Positions 25,871 to 40,334 of a stretch of DNA of 64,000 nucleotides are shown one piece after another. A program made the position numbers and the translations under genes. Numbering within the stretch: the first letter of the stretch is position 1; each line of letters starts with the position of its first letter. The notes under the pieces are model-generated. The model was given only the letters and a program-made list of their open reading frames with translations. It did no database searches and was not told the DNA's origin. This stretch comes from the human T2T-CHM13v2.0 reference genome, Homo sapiens: the NCBI RefSeq assembly GCF_009914755.1, contig NC_060938.1; one strand, given 5' to 3'.

Positions 25871-27010
25871 CTACATATTTATGGAGTATCTACTCTATGC
25901 TAAATGCTACACATTTTCTCATCTAATTCTCACAACAAATACATGAGGGGAATAAATGTTCACCCAGGTGGCATGAGTTTAGGAGTCACAGACCCCACAG
26001 ACTGTCATTTTGCCATTTCATCACAACTTTACTCCCTTGAATCAAGAAGACTTCTAATCCTTGAGAGTTTCTTTAAAGGAAATACCTGTAAGAAAGTTCT
26101 CCACGGCTTTTTCAGCAAGCAGCTTGGCAGTTGACACTGAGGGCAGAGATTAGTAGAATCAGCACACCAGAATGTCAAAGACAAAGCCTCTACTTCTGAC
26201 TTTCTAGTAGGTCTTGTCCCGGGTTCGGCTGCAAGGTTTGAGTGAAGCTTTAATCTAATTTCTATTCTTTCTTGCTTGATCTGCAAATTGACTCACCTAT
26301 CCCGGATACTTAAAGAAATGTGTTAATGGTGCTCCCGGGATACAGCAGAGGCTGATATGCACAGAGCTTTCAATAATCAATTAGGTCAGGGTTGAATCGA
26401 CCTAGAAATGCTGAGACAGAGGAATATGGGGAAAGGTGGTGGCGGGGGACTGGGGCTGAGAGAAGATTTGAGCAGTTGGTTCCTGAGTAAGGTCAGACTA
26501 GGCCAGAGAACAATCAAGTGCAATGATCCAGACTCTGTCTTTACAGAGATCCTAGGTGCTGACCCAAGTACAGTCCAAAGCAACCTGCAGGGGAGAAGGC
26601 ATCAGATCTGTGGAGGAGGCCAAAACAGACCTGGGCCCTTCCTACAGCCCCTCTCTACTGTGGCACCAAGACAGAGCCAGTGGAGCCCTCACTCAGTGCA
26701 CCCCCAAACAAACTATCGGATTTTGTTTGACTCCTAGAAGTCCAGCCTAAATTAAATTTCATATTCCTGGAAGTGCTTTGAAAAATTCAAAGACTCCTAT
26801 CTCTGTATGGTAAATTCTATTTTTAGGAATATTTTCTGCAGAGGTAACGTCCAGAAGGATTTTGCACTGTGGCATTATTTGTAATAGTGATAAATTCGGG
26901 AACAAACGAGGCATTCATTAATAAGGGACTAGTTAATTTATGGAATACATATGTTTAAAAACAAAGAGTACCTCAGAATTTACTAACATAAAAAGACGTG
27001 TCTGAATTAT

Positions 27011-27808
27011 CAAAAGAAGATATACAAATGGCCAACGAACATATGAAAAACTGCTCAACATCACTAATGACTAGGGAAATGCAAATCAAAACCACAATGT
27101 GATACCACTTTACTCCTTGCAAGAATGGCCATAATCAAAAAATAATGGATGTTGGTGTGGATTTGGTGAAAAGGGAACACTTTTACACTGCTGGTGGGAA
27201 TGTAAACTATTACAACCACTATGGAAAACAGTGTGGAGACTTCTTAGAGAACTAAAAGTAGAACTACCATTTGATCCAGCAATCTTACTACTGGGTATCT
27301 ACCCAAAGGAAAAGAAGCCATTATATGAAAAAAATTCTTGCACATGCATATTTATAGCAGCACAATTTGCAATTGCAAAAATATGGAACCAGCCCAAATG
27401 CCCATCAATCAATGAGTGGATAAAGAAATTGTGGTATACACATACCATGGAATACTATTCAGCCATAAAAAGGAACAAAATAATAGCATTTGCAGCAACC
27501 TGGTTGGAATTGGAGAACATTATTCTAAGCAAAGTAACTCAGGAATGAAAAACCAAACATCACATATTCTCATTCATAAATGTGAGCTAAGCTATGAGGA
27601 TGCAAAGGCAGAAGAATGATACAGTGGACTTTGGGGACATGAGAGTAAGGATTAGAGAGGGATGAGGGATGGAAAACTATCAATTGGGTACAGGTATACT
27701 GCTTGGGTGATGGCTGCACCAGAATCTCAGAAACTACAACTGAAGAACTTATGCATGTAACCAAACACCACCTGTTCCCTGAAAACCTATAGAAATAAGA
27801 AAAAAAAA
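27011..27808 (+). mobile_element. L1PB-type 3' end inserted into an older L1ME
   Basis: ORF2 C-terminus [28 protein letters not shown]..; L1PB 3'UTR agctaagctatgaggatgcaaaggc; A tail. Confidence 0.92.
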
Positions 27809-28029
27809 GTGTCCGATAAGTAGTTACATAGGACAAAAGGACATTACAAAGGTACATATGGAAGAATAGGTACAATTTATGTGAAAATAAGGAAATAATA
27901 CAGATAAGCATATATATTTAGAAAAATATTAGCAGAAAGGCAAGAACGTGGACAGAGACAAAGACAGAAATGTCTGAAAAATGTTTGCTTAAATGTTAGC
28001 ATTGGTTTATCTGCATAAAACAGTTCCCG

Positions 28030-29100
28030 AAGAGCCAGATTTCTCACTGTTGGAGTGGGAATTTACAGATAAGCAAGGGGAGGAGGCTAGAATGACTCGT
28101 ATGGTAATGGATTAGAGATGGAGATATCAGAGGAATTTATTAGTTTAATACAGATACAGACAGTTACATATCAAAACACTTATAGATGCGTGTATACTCA
28201 TGCATTGGGATACACACACCTATTTCTTGGTTTTCTCAGCTCAGAGGGCCTAGATGAAGTGACACTCCAGTAGCACCGAGTGTATCTACAACCCAGATCT
28301 TTATTTCTATTTTTATTCTCCAATAAAAGGAACCAGAGTGCTTTGGAGAAATGGCTGATTCTAAGGCTGGGCAAAAAATATACACGATAAGTATGGATCA
28401 TTGCGTAATGCCGGAAAGAAAGGAAGTACTAAAAAACCAGTCAAACAAAAATACTGCATTGGTGGGAGTACATCAAAGGAGCCCAGGAACCAACTATCAG
28501 AATTCCCAATAGCCAGTACTGAAGCAATTTAGGCAACACAATTAAGTATATTGTATTATAATCCAACTATAAAATAAATATCCATGAGTCCATACTGATA
28601 TAAGTAAATGATTGAATACATTAATAAATGCAGGGAGGGGAGCGAGAGATAAAGCTCCCATGCAGAAGAATTCCGAACAATTTATATGCACACTCTGCCC
28701 TCAAGGAGTATAATGCCCCACTCGTTAAGGGAGGCTGTGCTGAGTGGCTTCCTTCCAGAGGGTACAGCATGCAAAGAGAGAAAAAGGAAAGGTAGCCTCA
28801 CAGTGGAGACACCTGACAAACACAACTCAGTCCGGCGATCAAGGTCAACATCAACAACCGTAAATCATGTGATTACGTAACCTTGATATGATGTGGTAAA
28901 AATGACACTTTATCTCTGCGATCTTCTTCCTCAAAATCTATAACCCCAGTCTAATCATGAGAAAAACTCAAACAAATTCTACTAGAGGATTGTCCTACGA
29001 AATTCCTGCTCAATACTGCTCAAAAATGCCAAGGCCATCAAAAGCAAGAAAAGGTTGGCAAACTATCCCAGCTAAGCAGAGACATGTACATCTTGAGCTG
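28030..29100 (+). mobile_element. L1MC/MD 3' end
   Basis: cagatttctcactgttggagtggga..caataaaaggaaccagagtgctttggagaaatggctgattct..ataaccccagtctaatcatgagaaaa. Confidence 0.85.
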
Positions 29101-29195
29101 TTCTAAAAAATAAGTTTTTTTAAAAAAAAAGTTCTCACAGAACGATTTTTACATAAACAAAAGAATCAAAGAGAATTTTTTAAAAATTTTACATA

Positions 29196-29521
<326 letters not shown>

Positions 29522-32500
29522 TCAAAGTGAATTTTGATTGCAGCTTTTAACAAGATATAAAAGCATCTTTGAAAATAAAACTTTTCCTTAAAGGTTTTCC
29601 AATATCCTGGATCAAATTCTTACATAGAACTTAAGGTCAAAGTTCTTGGGCTTTCTCCAGGACATGGAAAGAGTTTCCCAAATATAGTAGAGGCAGACAC
29701 AACCCTGATCAAAGGGAAGGCTGAAGAAGATTTAGGCTTCCTTTCCTAGGCTCTTGATGTTTTCCTCATCACACATACACAATAGATTAAACTTGAGCAT
29801 CTCAACCTCTCTTTTGAGAGATGGCAAAGTTGGCTGTTTCCAGCTGCATTTGCAGTTTTCATCAGGTCCCAGTCCATCTCAGTGGTTTACCACCATGTAT
29901 CCAAGAAGCAGACTCAGAGCTTTTCAGAGAGGCCATGAAGCCTCCAGACAGATATGAATAGACAATGGCCAAATACCAGGGTCAAGTACCCTCAAGCTGC
30001 TGATTGACTGAAGACGGTGAGACACTTCACCATGAATGCAGAATGGATGCGAAGCATCCTAAACATTCCTCCCATCCCTACTTTAAGTTAGAGAGAAGAA
30101 TCTCAAGAGGCTGCACACCTATGAATGAAGCTGATGGGGGTAAGCCATGGTTTGTTTTATTTCTTCTTTTTGATTTTGTATATATGCAGCTTGACTAAGT
30201 AGAATTATAACAAGTTGTTTCCCTGGTGATCCAATAAATATCCTACAAAATATAATTCTGGATAGTCAGAAAAGTCCCTAAAATTAGCACTAGGATTTAG
30301 AAACAAGTCAGAAAGTGACATTTTTGAAAACAGAAAGTGACAAATCAATATGCAATGCATGGGATTAGCCCCCAACAGCTCTTCCTCCTCTGTGAGTCAT
30401 CCACACTCGGAGATGTTTGGCAAACATTACCGACAAGACTGGAGTGTCTCCCGAATCTTGCCAAGGGCCCCGGGTGTCTTCTGTGTCTCCACAGGAAACT
30501 TCTCATCTCAAATGGACTTTAGCTTATTGAGATAAGCTACAGTTTTGAAAATTGTAGCATGCTAATGACAAATGCAAATGCAAAACTCTCCAAGGACCCT
30601 AGGGACAGGAGATAAATAGAGAAGTCCTGGTCAGGGTTTTAAAAATAGGTCTAACCAGTAGTCTGACCAATTCATGGTTTCTGGGTGCTAGAAAAGTGCC
30701 TTTTCCTGTGGAACTGGGACAAGACTTCCAGTTCATGTGACATGCTGGTCCCATGAAACTAGGTAATCTTTTCTCCTCTCTAAGTTCGCCAAGGAACCTT
30801 ATGGTCTCCAGGGAAGACAATGAGAGGGAGATGATACAGATAGGTGGACTAAGTATCCAATTACTGAAAAGCCTGGTCTCTCATTGTAGAAGTCCTGTGT
30901 TGTTATGTTTAAAAATCAGTGTCTTATGCATTTGGAAAATGTTCCTCCATACTTGAGAGCTAGGGCACATCTGTACGTACTGATGCTGAAGATTCAGGTA
31001 CTAGACAAAGATGTCCCTGCTAAAGGATACTCCAAGAAGCTTGTGTGGGCAGCCGGCTGAACCCTTTAATGCTTCCTCACAGTAGCCTTGGATCTTGGTT
31101 TTAAAATATAATATCCTACATGTTAAATGTTATAAGACCATTTATTTGCTCAAGATGCTCCTTAGATTCATTACTTCTTTGGGGCTGGTTAATTTTATGT
31201 AGTCAGTGAAGTTGGAATTATCATTTCTCTAATTGTGTTTCATTTTTCAACTTCATACAGAACAAAAGGGTTGGGGGCTTTCTTACATGCAATCAGCTAC
31301 TTGGTGGGCCCTACCCAGTGACTGAGTCTAAGTGAAGAAACTATAGACGTGTTCTATGGACTGTAGTACTTAAAGCCAGAGCTCAAATCCTTTGCTCATG
31401 CTGCACAGAAAGACATTCCCATCCATTTGTATAAAAATCATCTTCTGTGGCCTGAAAACAGTACTATTTAATGGATTTCAAAAATTTTCATCTACAATAG
31501 AAAACGTAACACTTACAAGAGGTGATCTGTGCTAGTCACCCATGTGCATGAAGTGGGTCTCAGTTTCCTTTAAGAAGTTTTATCCATGGATTAGGGAGAA
31601 GAACATGTGTTTTAAAATATTTGTCTGTATGTGAGTGAAAACAATCTTATTCCCCAAAATATGTTCTTAAGAGAAGTTAACTTCTCCTGTTTTCTAAGAC
31701 AACAACAATCACTTCTCTTCCCCCACTTTGCTCTCTATAGAAATTACAAGGCTTCTAGTCATACTCTGTATCCCCCTTGGTTTCTGCAGGCTCCTTGGTG
31801 AACACACACCCTATTATGATTAAAAACATCTGCTAGCTGTAAAATGTCTTCTCCGAGGCCCTCTAGTAGAATGTTAAAACCAAGGCTCATGCTGTTATGA
31901 GTTTCTGGAACAACAGTCATGGAGACAACAGCTGCTCTTCTTATTGTTGTAACACAATCTTTCTCGGCAGCCGTATAACTTTCCTGGAGGGAATCTACTA
32001 AAATTCAAGAGCAGAGTCCACCTATCCACCATCTCTTTGATCCAAAAGACCTCCTGGCAGCCACCAGCTAACCATGTAGGATGGGGCTTATGAACCCTTC
32101 CTTCTATGAACTACACAAGAAGGAAATTAAAGAGCAAGAGAGAGAGAGAGAACTTGAGAGAGAGAAAGAGAAACAGAGTGCTCTCTAAGACCCTGGACAA
32201 CATTCCTATGTATCTAATGGCCCCACTCAAAGGCAGCTGCCTGGGCCAGAAGTACTGCTGCTTCCTTCAGGCATGTCTTCTCATCCGGAGTAAAGGCCTT
32301 GGGTCAGATATCAGTGCTTTACACCAAAGATATACATGGGTTTAAACCTCCAAAAAAAAAAAAGGAGACAGGCATTATTTGCTGAACAGACTCCAAAGGA
32401 GACTAAAAATGGTCCTTTTTGCCAAGAAGCCTCACCTGAAAGGTGTCTGGTTTGCTAAGGAGAGAACAGTATCACCCGCAGGGAAGAGCACGGAGTGGGA

Positions 32501-32699
32501 AGGTGACCCCTGCAGCTCGAATGGCTCGAATGGCTCAAAACCAGCTCAGAGCATCCAGGGGAGCAGTGCACACAGTCCATGCTTTCCACCTCGGTTCTAA
32601 ATGGCAAGATTATCACAGTTCGTCTCTTAAACAAGCGCAATATTTTTTTCCTTACTATTTGCTTCTGTCATCCTTGGAAGGTCCAGTAAGTAAACCATT

Positions 32700-32930
32700 T
32701 TAATAGGGTGTAGTAATAAAATTAGGTAACATTTATGTTTTATATACATGGTATTATTTAATCCTCACAGTGAACCAATGGGGTGAGTATTGTTATATCC
32801 ATTTTATAGGTAAATGACTTGAATATATTAAGGGATAAATAACTTGCTCAAGAACATACAGCAAGCAAGTGGCTGAGCAGAGATTTGAACTCGAAAGTCT
32901 AGCTCCAAAGCTCATGCTCTTAGCCATGTT
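32700..32930 (-). mobile_element. MIR SINE
   Basis: atttaatcctcacag..ccattttatagg..aataacttgctcaag..gagatttgaactc. Confidence 0.8.
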
Positions 32931-33989
32931 ACGTTTCCTCTTCACTTTCTACTCCCTCCCTTCCCAGAGTGGCTGCATCTCAAGGCTTAGTCAAATGACC
33001 CTGTATCTGCAAGCCCCCAGAAAAAAGTCCCCTCTACAATACACCTGGAGGTCTATTGCCTGAATATTTGACAGACAGTATTTTCTGAAATGAAAACCTA
33101 CATTGGTCTCTCATATGACTAGAGGCCTTTTTAAGTGCTGAGGTCAAGTGACCCTCAAGGTTGCAAGGGTTCAGAGAAAGAACCTAGTCTTCATATATAG
33201 CTTCAGAATTCTGAATGTTACAGCATTGGCCCAAATCCATTTTGCACAAGGAGCAGATGGACTTGCTCAGAGAAAAGATACAAAATATTCTGAGGACTTC
33301 CAGTAAGGCCTGGAAATTAGAAGCATGCATTTATCTTTGCTTTCCACTGCAATGTCTCTAAAATGACCATACAGACACCTAAAGGAATAAACCCTATAGA
33401 CAAAGAGAATGGGCAGGGAGACAATAGAGAGCAGGACAATGGAAGGTGAATGGGTGAGTGATAACTCACGGAGGAAGTCCAAGCCCAGGGGCCTTCAGAG
33501 GGATGGTTAATGAGAAGCAAGCTGACTTGTACCATGCAGGCCCTAAAAAGTTTTGGGTTTGGAGGCACTGGGTACCTCTGAAGGGGAGGTTGAGGAGTGG
33601 GACTGAAAACAACCTAACTGGTAAAAATCTTCATGAGAAGCATTTAGACCTGAGTCCTGTCCTTTCTCCCACCCCAGGAAGCCACATGGCCAGCCCTGCC
33701 CTACCTATTACAGGAAACAAGAAGCATGCCCCTTGGAGAAACTGAGCCATAAAGGTCTCAGACCTAGAGACACAAGGCTCAATAAAGGGTAAAGCACTAA
33801 ATGAAAAGGAGAGAACTGCATGAACATCTACACATTGACTAAATAATGAAACTCTAAGTGCCTTCTTCATCCCCTCCCAGAAGGCTGGCAAAGAGGTTCT
33901 TTGGAGAAAATGAACAACACCAGCGAAAGACTTATCTATGATGATGTTTCACGGCTGTGTAAAAGCAAGGTACGGTCCTGATTTAGTTA

Positions 33990-35085
33990 TTTTATTAAAA
34001 AATTTTAAAGACTTTTCATTTGGAAACAATTTGGCTTACCAAAAAGTTGCAAGTATAGTACATATACCCTTCACCCAGCTTCCCCAAATGTTAATGTTTT
34101 ACATAGCTATAGTATAATTATCAGAATCAGGAAATTAACATTGATACTATACTATTAATTAATTTAAGCCGTTAGTCAAACCTTACCAATTTTACTTTTC
34201 TGGTCCAGGACTTAATACAGGACACTGCACTTCTTGTGTCTCCTTAGTTTTTCCCAATTTAAGACAGATCTTCATTATTTCTTTGTGTTGAATGACTTTA
34301 ATACTTTTAAAAAGTACTAGTCAGTTGCCTTAGAGAATGTTCCTTCTCAGAGCACCATACCGGGAAGGACATGATGTCCACATATCTCATTACTAGTGAG
34401 GTTAACTTTGATCACTTGGTTAACGTGGTGTCTGCCAGGCCTCTCCACCCTAACGTTGCTTTTTAAATTAGTTTATTATAGGGAGCAACATATTCTGTTT
34501 CTCAACAAATTTTGAATCACTAGTTTTAGCATGCATTGATGCTTCTTGACTGTAACAACTATCACTCTGGTGATTGCCAAATGGTGATTTTCTTTTTCTC
34601 CATAACTCCTTCTACATTTTTAATTGAAATTCTACAGTGAGAGCTTTCTTCTCTTTCCTCAGTTATTTGTTTATTAAAGTATCTATTTATATCAGTATGG
34701 ACTCAGGGACATTTATCTTATTCTATGGGTTATTTTCCATTATTCTCATTATTTATTTTGTTGTTCAAATTGTCCCAAATTTAACCAGTGAAAACTTTTT
34801 AAAATAGGCTTTTCTGTCCTTTTGACATATCCCCAACAGTTTTTGAGTACTTTCTTACTTTCTGGAAACATAAGATGTTCCAGGTTTACCTTGTACTTTT
34901 TCTAATCTAGCCTAAAATGAGCCATTTCTCCAAGGAGCTCTCATTGCTTTTACTGGAGAATGAAATTTAAAAACTAGCGTTGGTTCTTAATGTGCCTTTA
35001 GTTACAAGGGTAACATTAATTCTAGGTCCTCTCAGCAGACAGAACTAGAAGATAAATCTGTGTACACACACACACACATCTATAT
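33990..35085 (-). mobile_element. L1MC4/5-like 3' end
   Basis: aaaagttgcaagtatagtaca..ggaaattaacattgatac..aactttgatcacttggttaa..agccatttctccaaggagc. Confidence 0.85.
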
Positions 35086-35728
35086 CCTATAGTTAGCTTT
35101 TAAATAAAGACTCAAATTTTGGATTATAATTGACATTTACTAAAATCTGCTTAGAAGAGGAAGAAATGGAGAAGTTCAATATCTCAGTGATTCAACTCCT
35201 CAGTCTCAAGTCTGAGAAGTTTTAGGTGTTCTCTTGTATGCCTTTGCATGGAACATTTATGCAGAAATAGATTAGTAACTAGAGAAAGCTGTCAAGGATT
35301 TCTTCCTAGTAACTATTTCTTTTTTATGGTTAGATGTAACTTGTGACATAGGGAAGCTTGAGTGTAGGGGTGTCTTGTGATACAAGGGAACCAAGGAGTC
35401 ACAAGGGAGGTCTTTGTCATGGTGAGGTCAGTTGGCTGGCAGGTCTCCTCCATACGTAGGACCTGCATTCAGCTTTTTATTGGTTCATTCTTAAATACAA
35501 TTGGACAGGTCATCAACAGGTATTTGAGAAAGTCTCCTACATGAAAGACAGAAATTATAATAAACAATAAAAAAAGAAATTTAGGACTATCAGAAACATG
35601 CAGAGAATAGGAGGAAAGAAAAGCAACAGTTAAGAAGACAGATAAGAAATATAACTGTTAAACAAGATCAGAGTGCTATTTAAAAAGAACATTCAGAGAA
35701 TAAGAACTCTTGAGGATTAAAAGTATGT

Positions 35729-37736
35729 TGTTATGGGATCCTTGGGCTGTTGCTTTTCCAGCTGGAAACCTCTGTGGCCAGTGGTGCCTTTGCCCAAGTT
35801 TTGCTCGGCCCCTGCAGGCTGTGCTCAGCTCACGCTTCCGGCCTGGATCCCACGTCTGCCAAGGGTGAGTGGGGCGGCGAGGGGTGTGTAAGCAAGTAAG
35901 CATGGGGTCCAGCCACTGAGCACAGCCAGGCATGCTGGCTCCAGTGGGGTGGGCAACCCCAGGCACCGGCAAAGGGGCTGGTTCCCTGTGAGGCGGCAGC
36001 CGGACCAGGCGTACCACAGGGAGTTTCTACGGCTGACACCAGGAAATGTGTTGTCACCCAGAAGCTTGGAGACGCCAGGAATCACAGAGCCCTAAAGAGG
36101 CTGTCACAGCCCCAGCTTGGCAAGCTCTTAGGTCTGGGCTCCCTGAAGGGCTGCAGCTCTTTTCTCCTTCTCTCTTCTCTCCTTGTTGCTCACAACGTGG
36201 TGAGCAAGGGGCATGTTTCAGTCCTGTTTGTATTACAATTCTTTTAGCCCTGCCATCTGTCAGGTCCCAAGTTCTTGTCCTGAGTCCAGGAAGAATGAAG
36301 TACACAGACAAGCAGAGGGTGAGCAAGACAAAGAGGAGCTTTATTGAGTAACAAACAGCTCACAGGAGACCCGCAGTGGGCAACCCCTCTCTGGTGTCCC
36401 AACGGTGTCCCAACGAGTGTTCAGCTCTTAGCAGAAAGGGTAGCTCCTCTCCGCTGGGCAGGTCATCCTAAGGAGTGTTCAGCTCCTAGCAGAGAGGAGA
36501 CCCTAGGGTAGATAGCACCTCTTTGCAGCTGGTCTCCAGTCATCTCTTTAGGTCTGGCTGAGTCCCAAGCTTTTTATGGGTCTCAGAGGGGAGGAAGTGC
36601 GTGCTGATTGGTCGACGGGCGGGCCTGGAAAAAACACCGCATGTTCCCACTCCGGTTCACGGGAACTGCAGCCCCGCCCTCAGGGTTCAGGTGCTCCCCA
36701 GCTTGAAAGTGGGGATTCACAGAGGACTCGTCCCCTTCTGCCTGTTTGCCTCCTACTGCCATTCATGGCATTCAGGCTATTTGGGCCAACAGGCACCTGT
36801 GTGCCAGCACTGAGCTGCCCTCAGGCCCACCTGGACTCCCTCTTGTGTTCTTTGGCGCCTAAAGTCCAGCGGGGCGAGGAGGCAGGGGGCTGGCGTGTCC
36901 ACACTGCCTCGAGCGTGCACACACCTGCCCAGGCTGCGACAGCGTCCAGGCTTGACTACAACTTTGCTCCAAGATCAGAGCAAGTGCAGGGAGCGGGGAG
37001 AGGCCAGGCAGCAGGAGCAGACACCTCTGAGCCTGCGGGGGCAGGGCGCGGGTCCTTCCCGACCCCGAGAGTGCAGAGATGCCTGGGTGTGCAGCCATGA
37101 CTTGGGTGGCTGCAGCTGCACCTGGGAGGGCGGGGCTCCTGCCTGCTCCCAGCCCCTGCTGGTTCCGTGCAGAGTGGAGCACACCACCACCCTGGACCTA
37201 CCTCCGCCTCGAGGCCCCTCTCTGCCCGCCCCTCCATGCCCGACTGTGCTGCTCCCCCAGCAGCGGACAACTCAGCCCGACCCCATCACTGCGGCTCCCA
37301 GGGCAGTGGGCTCTGAGGGACTCCCAGGGGTGGGCTCTAGGGACTGCCCACCTCCTGTCCGCATTTTCACCGCAGCATCGGTGGACAAGGTGCAGGTGGC
37401 ATGGCGGCCCTGGCCAGCCCCACAACAAATAAACCTGACGCTCTCAGAGCTGTCCCAGTAAGTCCCGGCTGTGCCTTCCGCCGGGTGCTCGCAGGCTTCC
37501 GAGATGCAGCAGGAAGCAGGGTTGAGGCTGCAGCGGAGGCTCTGGGTCTGGGAGCGGGTCCTGCCCGGCTGTACGACGATGGAGGTGGCGTAGTCAGCTG
37601 CCTCGGGGACGCGAGTCACAGGGGCCCACCATAGCCACTGCTGCTCCTGCAGTCACTCCTGCCACCACCACCTACGCCTCCAGCTGCAGCTGGCACGATG
37701 GCAGTGGACGCTCTGGAGGGCCTGCCACTGCCATCA
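35729..37736 (-). mobile_element. MER52-family (ERV1) long solo LTR, GC/CpG-rich
   Basis: Termini tgttatgggatcc.. / ..gccactgccatca; minus-strand AATAAA at 36340-36345; near-TSD atgt/aggt; 2008 bp. Confidence 0.85.
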
Positions 37737-38014
<278 letters not shown>

Positions 38015-38119
38015 AGTCATAAATTTTTAAAAGTTTAATAGAAAGATTGGAAGGTAAAGGAGAAGAGAGACTCTAGAAGGCAAAATAAAAAGATCAAGAT
38101 AATTTCTTCTTTTTCCCTT

Positions 38120-39660
38120 TATGAACAAGTCAGTCTCAAAACCATGAGATGAGGCTGAGAAAAGTGAGGGTCTTTACCGTGTGGAGGCTAAGGGAGGGGA
38201 GGGCATGTGCTGGTGCAGTGCAGGAATTGGAGCCTGACCTGGGGGTGTGGGGGTGTGGTGGCCTGGTGCAGGGTGACCCTGAAATGGTATCTGTGCAGGG
38301 TCAGAAGCCCTGCTTGGGGTGTCTGAGCACAAGAGGAGCGAGGAAGATATCCACATAGTTGGGGGCTCAATGGCAGCCTGGCACAGGGAGTCAGATCCTG
38401 ACTAGGATGAGGCGGAGATCCTTGTGGGGGAGGGAAAGACGGCTTTGATTGGGAGTTGGTTTAAATAAAGCCATTGATCAGATAAGTAAAGATGTTAAGA
38501 TATCACTCTCAGAAAAGGAAGTTAAAAATATGGAAAAAGAGAAAACTAGAATGAACCTTATGGTATTAGAGGTATTGGAATGAACTTATATATTGTTTTC
38601 ACTATAGATAGATATAGGAATAAAAATGTATATATAGTTATGTGTATACTGTTTGTGCATTTGTGTGTGTATTTTGTGTATTACACTCTGAGAGGGCCTG
38701 GCAGTGCCCCAATAGCAATGAACACAGCACTCAGATCTCAACTTCTAAATACCATTGACCACTAGAAAGATGGCTAATTCCAACACTAAGGTGAGTCTGA
38801 AATATTTTGTATGCCTAAAAGTAAGAAAGCTCTCAAAGAATGATGTGACATATCAAAAGATCCAGAAATCGGCTGAAATTGGGGACATTCTGAGCATCAA
38901 AATCAATAATGATGGTAGGGGATTATAATCCACTGAACATAATAGGAAACCATGAGTCATACGCATATAAATACTGACTATATGGGAAGTTTGATGAAGA
39001 AAAGGATATTTACAGAGTTTCAGAATTCCTTTCCATAAAGTACTTGTTAATTACAAAGGGAAAAAGTGCAACTTTACAGAGAAGTGTGGCAGATATCTCC
39101 TTAATCAAATGATCAAAGAGAACATCATCAGGGATAGGACGAATCAAAATCATGCACCACCTGAGCGGATGCAGTGCAAATGCTCTGCGGCCCATCTGTG
39201 AAATCTGCTACCAAAGACGCGTGACCTGAATCGAATCAAAAGAAAGCATCAGGCAAACCCAATTTGAGGGAAAGTCTACAAGATAACTGGCCTGTGATTT
39301 TCCAAAGTGTCAAAGTCATGAAGGAAAAATTAGATTAAGAAGACTAAAGAGAAATGACTAACTGCAATATATGATACTGAACTGGATCTTTTTGCTGTTG
39401 AGGACATTATTGAGGAAAACAGAAAAACTTAACTGGGGTCTGAGAATTAGATGGTAGTCATGTATAAATGTTAATTTTCTAATTGTTATGCTTATTTTGT
39501 GTTTTTGTGGGGGAATGTCCTTGTTTGCAGGAAATACAGACTAAAGCAGTGAGATGTCATGATGTGTCATCTTCACAACTTGCTTTCAAATGGACTAGGA
39601 AAAAAGTTCTTTTTCTTTTTCGTATCTGTGAATTTCCTGTAAGTTTGGGTTTGTCTTAAA
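38120..39660 (+). mobile_element. L1MC/MD 3' end
   Basis: aaaactagaatgaacc..gcaatgaacacagcactcagatc..aaataggaaaccatgagtc..gaattagatggtagt. Confidence 0.75.
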
Positions 39661-40034
39661 ATGTTTAAAAATGGTTAATGAATAAAAGATCAATAAAAGA
39701 TTTAAAAGTGTTAAGAATGGTTAATTAAGTAAAATCATGAGAAAAAAATATTTTTGAACGAGTTAGGGGTTTAGTTCAGGAAATCCAACATCTGAATCCT
39801 CTGAGCTCCAGAAGGACAAAACAGAGTAAACAGAGGGGGACAAGATTTTCAAAGAAATGTAAAAGAGACAAATGTCACAGACCACAGGACATAAACTTTC
39901 AGATTAAAAGGCTCACCAAGCTCTCAACACAATACATGGAAAAGACCAAGGCATATAATCATGACAGTTTAGAGCACTGGAGATAGGAAAAGATATAAAG
40001 AGTTTCTGGAAAGGAAACACAACAAAACAGGTCA

Positions 40035-40334
40035 CATTATCTTAAGTGAAACAATCCAGGCACAGAAAGTCAAACATTACATGTTCTCACTCATAAGTGG
40101 GTGCTAAAAAATGTGTACACATGGATGTAGGGAGTGGGATGCTGGACAACGAAGACTCAGAAGAGTGGCGGGGTGGGGGGTGTTGGGAGGAGAATGAATG
40201 ATGACAAATTAGTTAATGGGTACAATGTATGTTATTTGGGTGAGGAATATACACTAAAAGCTATGACTTGACAACCACCCAATCTCTGCACATAACAAAG
40301 TTGCACATGTACTGCATAAATTTGTGCAAAAAGT
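40035..40334 (+). mobile_element. L1MA 3' fragment inserted into an old L1 ORF1 remnant
   Basis: atgttctcactcataagtggg..ttaatgggtacaatgta..; 11-bp TSD aaaacaggtca (40024 and 40335). Confidence 0.88.

Noticed and set aside
35676-37634. Dense stack of long overlapping ORFs (up to 188 aa)
   Set aside because: All lie within the GC-rich MER52 LTR, where stops are scarce; Pro/Ala/Gly-rich in all frames with no recognisable domain.
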